From Paramoeba atlantica (lineage: Eukaryota; Protista; Discosea), in NCBI GenBank assembly GCA_977017575.1, contig CDRNVI010000012.1:930001-994000 (forward strand): a stretch of DNA of 64,000 nt, in the 5' to 3' direction. Positions 43,738 through 54,075 of this stretch are shown here, piece by piece (the stretch's first letter is position 1; each line of letters starts with the position of its first letter). Position numbers and translations under genes: made by a program. The notes beneath the pieces were generated by a model, which did not search any database, was not told the origin of the DNA, and was given only the letters and a program-made list of their open reading frames with translations.

Positions 43738-43908
43738 AATATTATTCATGATCTTTTGGCGGTTTTTCTTTTTTAGGCTCTTCGTTAAACGCGGTGGTTG
43801 TTTTCAACTTAGAAGTCACTCATGCTGCGCACTTCGCGTTGAAAACTACCTTCGCGTTTAACGAAGAGCCTAAAAAAGAAAAATCGCCAAAAGATCATGA
43901 ATAATATT
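43738..43908. repeat. 171-bp foldback palindrome (same family as 24570-24690)
   Basis: 56-bp arms (43738-43793 / 43853-43908) with one mismatch; the central part is the reverse complement of the 24570 copy. Confidence 0.9.
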
Positions 43909-44100
43909 GCTGTGACCTTTTACAGCGGAAAAAAATCTAACCCCCCCTCCTTATACTTCGTTACTGCTCAAAATGGGCGAAGTATAAATGGGAGGTTGCA
44001 GTAATATTAAACGGGGGTACGACTTAATGTACCGGGTATCCTTTTATATACCGGGGAGGTGTATATATAATCGCTACCCAATATACCCCCCCTGGGCAAT

Positions 44101-44178
44101 GTGGAAAACAAGGGGGTGGGGTTATGAACGCTCAAAACAAATAGAGCGTTTATACCCCCCACCCCCTTGTTTTTCACG
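44101..44178. repeat. G-rich/C-rich hairpin, ~33-bp imperfect stem
   Basis: GTGGAAAACAAGGGGGTGGGG..GAACGCTC - 10-nt loop - GAGCGTTT..CCCCACCCCCTTGTTTTTCAC. Confidence 0.75.
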
Positions 44179-44304
44179 GTGCCATCATGTATTTCCCCTT
44201 TTAACCTCCTTGGTTACCGCAAAAAAACATTGGGGCTAATATGCCCCTACCCCCCGGCATTATGCCCCCATTACGGTGAGCGAATGTACCCCCCCTTAAT
44301 AAAT

Positions 44305-44386
44305 ATACATAGGGTACATTAGGAACATATAGGGTACTATAGGGAACATATAGGGTACATATAGGGTGCTATTTATATAGGGTACA
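44305..44386 (+). repeat. Degenerate 10-11-bp tandem repeat with a TAGGG core
   Basis: ATAGGG at ~44309, 44329, 44339, 44350, 44361, 44377, with (T/A)ACAT-type linkers. Confidence 0.7.
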
Positions 44387-44936
44387 CTACCCCCCCTATA
44401 CATTAAGAGGGGGTGCTTTTTGGGTGAGAAAGGACCTTTTTTGTTCATGAGTACGTTGACTTTCAGCACATCCAACCCCGAAACCACGCCATTCGCTCCC
44501 TCGCAACCGCCCTCACCTCGCCCAGCCACCCCCACCCTCCCAAACACCCCCTCCCTCCTCCGACGACCCTCCCGAGCCAATTCTTTGTTACTGGGGGTCA
44601 GCCAAAAAAGGGTCAAATCCTTGTTACTGGGGGGGTCTAGTACTATGGGGGTCTAAGGTAGTCTCCGCACTCTCTCCCTACACACTTCCTGTACCCCCTG
44701 TACCCCCCACCTGGACCCGAGTTGCACCCCCTGGAACCCCCACCCGGATCCTCCAGCGAACTCCATAGCCGAAAAAACTCCAAGTATCATTGCCATTGGT
44801 TTCTCTTGGGACCTGACTGGGTTTGCATTTTACTGGTTTCAGCCCTCTTACACTGGTACCAGAGGATGTCAATCAGAACACGTGGAAATGTTCTCTCGAT
44901 GCGAGCCATAAATATTATAGCGATGTGAGTTGTATT

Positions 44937-45017
44937 GGCACTATGGGCAAAGGCACTATGGGCAAAGGCACTACGGGCAAAGGCACTATGGGCAAAGGCA
45001 CTATGGGCAAAGGCATT
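44937..45017 (+). repeat. 15-bp tandem repeat (GGCACTATGGGCAAA)x5 plus a partial unit
   Basis: Direct reading; one unit has CTAC instead of CTAT; the array abuts the Merlin TSD. Confidence 0.95.
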
Positions 45018-45025
45018 CAAAATGC

Positions 45026-46727
45026 GGTCAAAAGGGCATATTTTTGTACCAATTTTTGTTTTCAATGAAATTTCTACCCGATGAGTCGAAAGAAATTCTT
45101 AAACTTACAGAAACATTTTATCTTTCCTCATTAATAATGTACAGAAATATTACAAATGCTTGGGTTAAATTAAAGCAAAATTCGCCTTTTCTTAAAAAAA
45201 AGTTTTTTTTTGCGGTTTTCAAAAATTTTGTGCAATGAAATCAACACTTTCCGATTCTAGTTTTCTACTTAAATACTTGGACAAGACTTATAAATGAATA
45301 TAATGACAATGATCTTGTAGATTCTGTAGGATGCGCAGCATTACATCGCCGCCATTGTACCGTAGGCTGCCGTTGCATTTTTCAGCATTGGCTTGCACAC
45401 GATCTGCCCGTTTATCCTTTTTCCTTCCTAATAGGTTTCCTTCTCGATTAAGTCTCTTCTTCGCCACCGAATTCGCGCACTCCACAGTGTTCGTGTGGAC
45501 ACCCTCTTCTGTTATCCATTCTCGGCGGTGGTTCACGCTATTCCACTTATAGCGTCCACCAAGGCGGATATTGTGACGCGACCCGTCGGTCCATGTTCGT
45601 GTCCTCCCCCCGCTCGCCAGATCTTCAATTCGAGGAAGTAACGTGCTCGCCTTACGATCAGGTACAACTTCCATGAACATTTCAGATAATTTGCTCGCTC
45701 GAGTAGTCACAGCAATTGTCTGTGCAACTTCTGTACCATCATCTCGCACCCGTCTTGCACCATGAGAACCTCGGTGACGTTTCCGTACAGAAAAATATGT
45801 CTCATCGCATTGCATTGAACCAACGCTGCCGCGATTCCTGATACGTCGGCGAACATGAGCTGTGGCCATCATGCCATCCATCCATTGCCTTAGAGACACA
45901 ATGGTCTGCTGACTAAGTTCTGTCTCCGCTGCCGAATCCGCATGTCGTCCACCACGAGCGTACAAAATTATGTACTTTAATGTTTGCTTTGCACTTCTTT
46001 GTGCCCTTCCAGGTACGAGAGGTCCTAAGGTGGCGTACATTCCTTTGCATTTTTTAGTACACCTCCATTTCCCGTCAGTTCTATAGTAGAGTCATAGTAT
46101 AGGGCGCCTTGTGTAGTCTTTTATAACATACAACCTTCTGAGCCACCAACTTATGGGTTCTTAACCACTCCCTGCATTTCGATTCGCTCCACACAGAAAC
46201 TTTGCTCAAAGTGAGATTTCCTCGGCAAGCGAAGCCGTTGCATCCTTTACAGGGCATGTGTTGGAGTTGAGGAGTCTGAATCTAAAAAATGAATCTGAAA
46301 AATAAAGGAAAAAGTGGAAATACGTGATACGATACAAAAAAAGATATAATTATTTTTAGTGGGGACGACTTTCCTTTTTTTTTTCAAAAAAGGCGAATTT
46401 TGCTTTAATTTCACCAATGCTTGCATTGCGGAATTGCAATCACCTTTCACCTTCGCATGGCGCTGAAAAGTTTTCGGAAATTCTAGGAAGGAATGTTCAT
46501 CCGGTAAGCAAATCGTAGGATTTTACTCACTCAAATATATCACACCCTTCGCAGTAGAAGCTCATATTGTTGCGCGAAATAGAATTTTAAAGGTGATGCT
46601 AACTTTCTTTTAAAAACGGTTCCTTTGTAATGAAGGATTCGAATAAATTATTTAAATTTATTCAAATATTGCAAAAATCGATTTCGGTCAATCCGAAGAG
46701 TTGGTACAAAAATATGCCCTTTTCACC
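45026..46727 (-). mobile_element. Merlin (IS1016/IS1595-like) DNA transposon, 1702 bp
   Basis: 27-bp TIRs GGTCAAAAGGGCATATTTTTGTACCAA (45026-45052) / TTGGTACAAAAATATGCCCTTTTCACC (46701-46727), one mismatch; 8-bp TSD CAAAATGC at 45018-25 and 46728-35; extra subterminal IR ~45160-45203 / 46375-46415. Confidence 0.93.
45288..46257 (-). pseudogene. Merlin transposase with one frameshift near 46082-46090
   Basis: DDE core QCDETYF / WTDG / VNH...HTNTVE. An upstream 58-codon frame (ATG 46257: ...CREWLRTHKL...C...H) joins via a +1 shift to LYYRTDGKWRCTKKC and the 250-aa ORF. Confidence 0.85.
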
Positions 46728-47088
46728 CAAAATGCAATGTTGCAGATGCAACACTTTTCTGGAAAACGTGTGGCAGGAACTGCTGCCGAATGAACCTTCT
46801 GCCTAGAACGTGTGGAATGCGTAGTTCGATTCTTTCATTGCTATGGAACTACAAACTCCTTTTTTTCTGTAGATGAGAATATGTGAGAAGTGGAATGAAA
46901 GTTTAAAAACTTTTAAGGCATGTAATTCTGTATATTACATAACATATAGATTTTTTGGTTTCCCATGAGCAGAAACATATAGGCTCATGCAAAGCGAATT
47001 AATTTCAAAGGATTGAGATTGGTGTTATTCAGGCCACTCTTTTTGGTGTTTTATCAAGCCTTTTGTTTTTAGAGCTTAGTTCTGACCT

Positions 47089-47895
47089 ATGGTTTCCAAA
47101 ACAAAGTCTTCTCAACCGACGAAGTCAAGCAAAAAGACCGCCGCCAGCTCATCAAAGGGAAGCTCCAAGGTCGCCGCCACGAAGGCAAAGAACCCACTTT
47201 TCGTGGACCGCCCCAAAACTTTTGGACTTGGGGGAAATGTTCTTCCTCCACGAGATGTCACCCGGCAAGTTCGATGGCCACTGTATGTCGTGCGTCAGCG
47301 TCGCCGTCGGGTCCTGGAGCGTCGCATGAAGGTCCCCCCCGCCGTACACCAGTTCCGTAACGCACTCGACAAGAGCACTAAGAAAGAGCTTCTCGGGTTC
47401 CTCCAAGGCTATGCCCCTGAGGTCGCCAAGAAGGCACTAGCGGTGAAACAGGCCGCCAAGGCAAAGAGCTCCCGGGTGCCGGCGAAACCCGCCCAGCTGT
47501 CCTATGGAATCCAGGAGGTCACACGCACGGTGGAGTCCAAGCGCGCTCGTCTGGTTGTGATTGCCCACGACGTGGATCCGCTTGAATTAGTGCTGTGGCT
47601 CCCTCAGCTGTGTGTTGCGCAGGGTGTGCCCTACTGTATTGTAAAGTCGAAATCTGAACTGGGAAAACTAGTTGGGCACAAGACGTGCACTGCTATCGCG
47701 TTGACAGAGGTGCGCTCCCAGGACCAGGCGATGCTGGAAAAGCTCTTGACTACTATTAACGCGAAATTCACCGAGCGTTTTGAGGAAATACGACGTGCCT
47801 GGGGTGGTAACCAACAGAGCACGCAGGCCCAGATTCGTGCGAAAAAGCGGGAGAAGGCACTTGCTGGGTTAAAGGCCTCCGACGTTGCAAAGTGA
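47089..47895 (+). CDS. RPL7A: 60S ribosomal protein L7a (eL8)
   Basis: NPLF..RPKTFGLGG....RDVTR.VRWP.YV..QR....L..RMKVPPAVHQF; LVVIAHDVDPLELVLWLPQLC...VPYCIVKSK. Confidence 0.97.
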   Translation: MVSKTKSSQPTKSSKKTAASSSKGSSKVAATKAKNPLFVDRPKTFGLGGNVLPPRDVTRQVRWPLYVVRQRRRRVLERRMKVPPAVHQFRNALDKSTKKELLGFLQGYAPEVAKKALAVKQAAKAKSSRVPAKPAQLSYGIQEVTRTVESKRARLVVIAHDVDPLELVLWLPQLCVAQGVPYCIVKSKSELGKLVGHKTCTAIALTEVRSQDQAMLEKLLTTINAKFTERFEEIRRAWGGNQQSTQAQIRAKKREKALAGLKASDVAK

Positions 47896-48173
47896 TGAAG
47901 AAAAAATATCTCTAGAAGATTGAAACATAGGACGGTAAAGCTGCAGAAGTCGTTGCAAAACAAAATACAAGTGTTTTGTTTTGCCCCTTAAGAATTTTGT
48001 AGAATATTAAGAAACAAACTTTTGGTATAAATTATAACTTTTTCATTTTATAAATGCAACACTCTTATCCATTATCACTCTAACACAACTTTTTCTTGTC
48101 TTGATCAACTACACACAATCTGTTACTCTGATCCCTCTCTCCTTGCTTATCTTCCTTTTTCTCTCTTCTATCC

Positions 48174-49655
48174 ATGAGCCACACCCCTTCCCCCCAACAC
48201 TCCCCCAGTACCCAACCCACCACCTCTCCCACTCTCTCCCCCACCCTCCTTCACCCCCCACCCCGCACCCCCACCGCCCCAGTCCCCGGCTTTCCCCATC
48301 CCCCTTCCTTCTTTCACCACCACCACCCCACCCTCCCCGAACTCCCCGGCCACCCTCCACCCCCTCCTCGTGATCCCCCACCCCCTCCACGTCCCCCCAC
48401 CCTCGGCGGCACCGACCCGATGAAATACAAAACCGCAATGTGCCGCAACTGGGAGACCACCGGACAGTGCCACTTCCGCGGGTGTACCTTCGCCCATGGC
48501 CGCGCGGAGCTCCGACCCCTACCCCCACGTCCCGGCGTAGTCGACACAACGCCCCACAGCCTCCCCACCGATAGCCCGTTAACCCACCTCCCTACTCCCC
48601 CCTCCCACTCTACCCCATTTGTGGAGTGTGGGCCCTTTCCCCCCTCTACCGTACATCTCATCGACACACTCCCTACCACCCGGACCCACTCCCCCACAAC
48701 TGTACCCAGTACCGGGAGTAGTCCCAGTCACAGTAGCAGTAACAGCAACCGTACCGTAGTCCACAGTAGTGCCGCCACAGCTCCAGCAACAGCCACAACA
48801 ACAACAACCGGCCTGGGATCGACCACCCTATGGGGAAGGCCTACCGTACCCGCGGGCTCGACGCCTGCTGTAGTCGGGGTCCTCGGGGTCCCACGTAGTG
48901 GACCTCACGTCGTGCCGTTACAACCGACGAACTACCCCCACACACAAACAACAAACGAACGGGGGCGTACTACGGCGACGACACCTCGAGGAGTAGCGGG
49001 AGCCATGGGGTATGGGGTAGGGGGAACGACAGGGGGAGTGGTGTCCCGGTCCCCGACCCCTACGCCTACGTTGGTGGCCCCGGTTTATTCGTCGGGGGGA
49101 GCGGGAGGAGGGGTTGCTCCAGGGGGTAGTGGTGTGCCTCGGAGTCGAGGAGGGGGGATGACCGCAACAGAGGAGTTGCTGCGGGAACTTGCGAACGCGA
49201 TCCACCGGGATCATGAGACCTTGCGTGGGGTGCAGGACACCGCACGTGGTTTGGAGAAGGTGTTGCAGGCGGAGAGGGTGGAGAGGGCGGCGCAGCGAGT
49301 GGAGGCGGAGAGGAGTGCGATGGAGCTCGCACGGGTGAAACAAAGGGTGGTGGAGTTGGAGCAGAGGTTGGTGGGGGTGACGGAGGGGGAGGAGGCAGAC
49401 GGGTCGGGGGTGAAGTTGCCGGGTACGGAACGGCACAGCCCTGTGGAGGGGCGCTCGGGTACTCCGACGAGTCGGGATACGATGCGACCTGGGGATAAGT
49501 CCACTCCGCTGTTTTCCGAGACTATGAGCATGCAGGAGCGGGCACTCACGCCGCGTGAAATATCTCCGTCAGATGAAACGGCGGCAGAGTGTGCGTCCAG
49601 CGAGGATCAAAAACTCCGGGAATTGCTAAGCGTCCTGCAGGTAGGCTCCTTGTAG
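48174..49655 (+). CDS. CCCH zinc-finger RNA-binding protein with C-terminal coiled coil
   Basis: KYKTAMCRNWETTGQCHFRGCTFAHGRAELR; heptad-rich region LAN...LEQRL. Confidence 0.82.
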   Translation: MSHTPSPQHSPSTQPTTSPTLSPTLLHPPPRTPTAPVPGFPHPPSFFHHHHPTLPELPGHPPPPPRDPPPPPRPPTLGGTDPMKYKTAMCRNWETTGQCHFRGCTFAHGRAELRPLPPRPGVVDTTPHSLPTDSPLTHLPTPPSHSTPFVECGPFPPSTVHLIDTLPTTRTHSPTTVPSTGSSPSHSSSNSNRTVVHSSAATAPATATTTTTGLGSTTLWGRPTVPAGSTPAVVGVLGVPRSGPHVVPLQPTNYPHTQTTNERGRTTATTPRGVAGAMGYGVGGTTGGVVSRSPTPTPTLVAPVYSSGGAGGGVAPGGSGVPRSRGGGMTATEELLRELANAIHRDHETLRGVQDTARGLEKVLQAERVERAAQRVEAERSAMELARVKQRVVELEQRLVGVTEGEEADGSGVKLPGTERHSPVEGRSGTPTSRDTMRPGDKSTPLFSETMSMQERALTPREISPSDETAAECASSEDQKLRELLSVLQVGSL

Positions 49656-50336
49656 ACGCCACGCATCTTCATAATCTTTGCATATTGATAGATCTGCGAT
49701 AGGATAGTTATGTCTTGCTGGCTTGGTGCAAGTTGCCAATCATGAGATGTGCGGCATGATTAGGTTTGACGGCTCAAAGTCTTTATTTCTCCATGTGTTT
49801 ATAGTTCAGTTTTTTAGAAACATAATAATCAACAAAGTAGTACTTGTTTCGCTGCTCTTAAAAGTCTAGAATTGCTCTTTTTGTCTTATGCGTATTATTC
49901 TTATTCGATTTAACCGAATCTATTTTTGAAGTTTTAATCCCCTTTAATCTGTCAAATTCACATTTAATCACCGCATCTTAATGTAGATTTTAATTTACGT
50001 TGCTGTTTTATCTAATCGGGACGTGTCAGAGTCTTGTTAAAGCCACCAATCTGTACGTCTTTGGGCTAGATGCCAATAGGCAATGAATCTCATTCTCTAA
50101 CTCACTAAATGTAATAGGTATATCAACCTGAACGAATACAAGTCTTTGGAAGTAAAGCAGGTGTAGTGTATCGCTTTCCTATTTCTTATAATCTGTTGCG
50201 TATTTCTAGATTTTAGTTTGAAACCCGAGTTGTTGAGTGACACGCTACAGATTTATCGTTGTCATACGTGCATCGCGGAGTATTTAATTTTTTATTGTAG
50301 AATAAGAAGTCATCATTCTAATTTTTCTTTATCAAT

Positions 50337-50738
50337 ATGGGGCTTTGTGCCTCCAAAGTAAACACCAGCAGTCCTGTAGCAGCACAATTTGACGCCGATT
50401 GGATTCCTTTTATCGATGGAAAGAGAGGTGCAGATTTTCACCGAGTAGTGAGGGCCTGTTCCCCTTTTGCAAGCCATGAGTTGGGAGAGCGATGGGCAGA
50501 AGGGGTCCTTAAGCGAATGCACATCGGTTTGGAGAAACGCAATCTTGCAGGAGTGTACAAATATGATATTAAGGGAATTGGGAACAATGGCATCATTGAG
50601 GTTTGTTGTAACGTGACAAATCCGAGTGGGCTTCCTGGTCCACACGTTAACCGAAATTTTCATTATGTCTTGCAATATCTTACAGAACAGTCTTCAGATA
50701 AAATAGACAGGGAAAAGGGGCAAGTGATGGATTCCTAG
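50337..50738 (+). CDS. Hypothetical protein with an N-terminal acylation-type motif
   Basis: MGLCASK (Gly2, Cys4, Ser6) fits myristoylation/palmitoylation. Confidence 0.6.
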   Translation: MGLCASKVNTSSPVAAQFDADWIPFIDGKRGADFHRVVRACSPFASHELGERWAEGVLKRMHIGLEKRNLAGVYKYDIKGIGNNGIIEVCCNVTNPSGLPGPHVNRNFHYVLQYLTEQSSDKIDREKGQVMDS

Positions 50739-51059
50739 TGTTCTTTGCAGTATCTATTCGCGATACAGACTCCGAGCATGTTTTGTACAAAGAGAGGCAT
50801 ACAGTATGTGATCAGTGCTTTCCCATCTTTCCAGATACGGATTTCAGATCAGTATTGCGCAACGTAATAAACGAAAAAACGTATTTGTCATTTTGAAAAG
50901 TGGTCATCTTTTTAAGAATGATCCATCTGTGTTACTTCACACTTCAAGACTACTTGAGCATACAATTTATGTAGAATAATCTAGAAATAATCTGCACGAA
51001 ACATTTGCTGAAAATGGACATTTGAAGGTTGTTTCATTACTGAGTTCTACTGCTATAAA

Positions 51060-52292
51060 ATGAAACTCAAAGTGCGACTTGTCACAGGTGAATTTAAAGA
51101 TGCGGAGATTCCGGATAAGGGTACCGTTGGGGAATTAAAGACGGCCGTTGCGCAGGAGTATGAATCAGAATCCGTCAAATTTTGCTTTAAAGGTTCTGTC
51201 CTAACAGATAGTGAGAAGGTGCTTCACGACGCCGGCGTATGTGAGAACGATACCCTTGTCATGGTTGGAAAAAAGAAAAAAATTGTTGCAGAGGTCCCAA
51301 AAACTTCTGCTGCTCTAGGTAATGCCGAGTCGGGCACCACTCAGAGCGCCCCTGTACCATACATTCCCTCTGATTCTTCTTCCGCTGTGAACCCCTCCGC
51401 ACCTGCCTCCACGCCCACCCGTGCCGCCACGTCCACTTTACTTGCGCCGAACGAACAAGATATCACCAATCTCACCTCCATGGGGTTCTCACGAGAGCTG
51501 GTCCTTCGGGCACTCCGGGCAGCGTACAACAACCCCGAACGTGCGGTGGAGTACTGTCTCAGCGGAATCCCCGCCAATACGGAGCGTGGTTACAGCGCCC
51601 CCGTGCCTATGCCCTCTTTTCCTGCTCCTGGTACCGCGTCGGAAACCCCAGCCGAGAGTACAAACCCGAGTAGTGCTACAGTACCGGAGACAGCTCACCA
51701 TGGTGCGTTAAATGAGTCAGCGGGGACGACCTCCACCGCTACAACACCCGACATCGACGAAGCACAGCGCCAACTACGTGAGTTGCTCGGGGGGGCTCCC
51801 GAGCCCTCCGCTCTGGCCCAGGAACTACAAAACCTGCCGAACTTCGATGCTATACGGGATCTGATTCTTCGTAACCCGGAGTCGATGTTACCGATGGCCA
51901 TGCAGCAGTTACAGCAATCCCACCCCGCGCTGCACACGCTGATACAGCAAAGTCCGCAGGAGTTTATGAGCCTATTAAGCCGTGGTCTCGGGGGCAACGC
52001 TGAGTTAGGGGGTGAGGCTGGGTCTGTACCTCAAGTCGTCACGCTCGGCGCCGAAGACGTGGAGCCAATTCAACGTTTAATGGCACTCGGGGGGTTCACC
52101 CAGGAGCAGGCCGCACGGGCCTACGTCCTGGGTCGACGTAATGAGGAGATCGCCGCCGCGATTCTTTTTGAAAGTATGGAACAAGGCGGCGATGGGGGCA
52201 TCGGGGATTTGTTGCCCTCGATGGAAGGATCCACCAATGAGGCGAGTGACAGCGACTCAAAAGATGAAAATGGGGACACAAACGAAGAGTAA
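51060..52292 (+). CDS. RAD23: UV excision repair protein RAD23
   Basis: N-terminal UBL; UBA1 ([34 protein letters not shown]); STI1/XPC-binding region; UBA2 ([10 protein letters not shown]...AYV...[10 protein letters not shown]). Confidence 0.95.
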   Translation: MKLKVRLVTGEFKDAEIPDKGTVGELKTAVAQEYESESVKFCFKGSVLTDSEKVLHDAGVCENDTLVMVGKKKKIVAEVPKTSAALGNAESGTTQSAPVPYIPSDSSSAVNPSAPASTPTRAATSTLLAPNEQDITNLTSMGFSRELVLRALRAAYNNPERAVEYCLSGIPANTERGYSAPVPMPSFPAPGTASETPAESTNPSSATVPETAHHGALNESAGTTSTATTPDIDEAQRQLRELLGGAPEPSALAQELQNLPNFDAIRDLILRNPESMLPMAMQQLQQSHPALHTLIQQSPQEFMSLLSRGLGGNAELGGEAGSVPQVVTLGAEDVEPIQRLMALGGFTQEQAARAYVLGRRNEEIAAAILFESMEQGGDGGIGDLLPSMEGSTNEASDSDSKDENGDTNEE

Positions 52293-52535
52293 CGTGGGCT
52301 AGATCATTTTATTGAAAAGAAATTGTTCGGCATAACATGATGTAGGTGAATATGATATTTTTTAGAAGAAAATGCTTGCTTTGAGGTTATAGGCTATGTG
52401 TTTCATTAGAATGTTGCTGTTGTGTAACGCATTGGTTATTGATTTTTGAACGCGATACACCAGTCTTAGAATCATACGAGTATGTATGTAGATACACTAA
52501 AAGGGTTCTAAGAACGATCTCTTCAAAATTTTATT

Positions 52536-53858
52536 ATGTTTGAACTCCCACAAAAACTAAAAGCTTACTTCTTGGGCACGCAATCGCAATCAGAGCTTGC
52601 TGCCGCTGTGGAGGCCTGCCAGAGTTGGAGCAGCGCCCTTCCTATTCGACTCATCGATATTTACTGTGCCGTCCGGTATGAAATAGAATCCAACCAAAGC
52701 CCCGCCTCGGTCCCCAGTCTCGGTGATTTTCTTCGTTCCATGCATGTCCTTCTTCGACAATCCGCCGGACACTACCCGGAACTCAAGCTGCGAACTCTCG
52801 ACTTTAGCTACCTCGCGCTTTCCTCAAGCTGCCCCTACATGACCCACGCCCTCGTCCTCCTCCGTGAGGTACCCTGTGGGGTGATGGATCTCCGAGAGGG
52901 GAATCAAGCACTGCGGCAGGACCCGCTGGCGGTGGCGGACATTATCACAGCCACGAAACAAAACTCCAGTGTGCGTCTTGTGTTCCTCCCAGAAGAGCTC
53001 ACGCAGTATCCCACCACAGGCAGTATGGGTTGTAAGGCGTTGGTACTGGTTGCTCCGGAGGATCTCGGGAAAATCTCGATCGGAGGGGAGCTGCAATTTT
53101 TCGGATCCGACGAGAGGAACATAGGGCTGCCCCTTCCGAATTTGGGTAACACCGCACATCATCATGTGCGTGCAACAGTAGTTTACGATAGCACGATTCG
53201 CCAAAAGCCTAGATTTCCTACTTTGGAAGGGATCTCACGATATATAAAAAGTCGAGTCCCGCATCACACGGAGATAATTCGATCACAGCAGATAGACGAG
53301 AATTGTGTATGTAGCATGCGAGAACGCCTCAAAGTTTTGCAGAACCCAGGGATGGCCATCTCCGACAAGGAACGGCTGGTCGAGGCTGTGCATTACTTGA
53401 GCTGGAATACATGTCTCGAGATCTTGCAGAGGCAAAGTCTTACCCTCACGCAATGCATGGTACAATGCACCCCAGCCTTACTCTCTTCACTGTTGAAGCG
53501 TGATCACAACGACAAGTCTCCACAAAAGGACGAGGACATGCTAAGCGCAGTGCTTGAAACTGTACGCTATCATGTAGATGCATTCCAGAGCTACCATCAG
53601 CGTAAATCGCAGCAAAACGATAAATCATCAGAGATGGAATACGAAGCCGGAAATCTTTTCTACGCTGTGGACGTGTTACGTCGCCACGGAATTGATTGGC
53701 GACGCTTACATAGTGAGGAGAGTGCCGTTGAGGGATACATAGAGCAACTTTATCTGAACCGCGAGAGAGAGTATGCCAGGGAAGTGCAAAATGCGGTGAC
53801 GTGGGTCTCCCAAAATCTTGCCAAAATGCGCAAAGATGCCTTGTTTGATGAAGCGTAA
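52536..53858 (+). CDS. Hypothetical protein (440 aa)
   Basis: Long + strand ORF; no confident family. Confidence 0.6.
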   Translation: MFELPQKLKAYFLGTQSQSELAAAVEACQSWSSALPIRLIDIYCAVRYEIESNQSPASVPSLGDFLRSMHVLLRQSAGHYPELKLRTLDFSYLALSSSCPYMTHALVLLREVPCGVMDLREGNQALRQDPLAVADIITATKQNSSVRLVFLPEELTQYPTTGSMGCKALVLVAPEDLGKISIGGELQFFGSDERNIGLPLPNLGNTAHHHVRATVVYDSTIRQKPRFPTLEGISRYIKSRVPHHTEIIRSQQIDENCVCSMRERLKVLQNPGMAISDKERLVEAVHYLSWNTCLEILQRQSLTLTQCMVQCTPALLSSLLKRDHNDKSPQKDEDMLSAVLETVRYHVDAFQSYHQRKSQQNDKSSEMEYEAGNLFYAVDVLRRHGIDWRRLHSEESAVEGYIEQLYLNREREYAREVQNAVTWVSQNLAKMRKDALFDEA

Positions 53859-54075
53859 AAACTATTCGTCAATCACAACCGCATTATAACTACTGTTGTT
53901 TTCTTTGTCGTAGTCAACGGCTTCACGCTTTTCCTAAAATCAGATTACCATTTTAACGTAATTTTGATATAAACTTAACAGAAAGACATGTTAAGGAGAT
54001 ACGATCACACATTATAGCACCTTTTCTTTCCGATCAAGTACTACCTTACTTACAGTCGTATTTTCGAACTCTTCA

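Noticed and set aside
44305-44386. Interstitial telomeric repeat
   Set aside because: Units are 10-11 bp with a TATAGGG-type core, not tandem TTAGGG hexamers.
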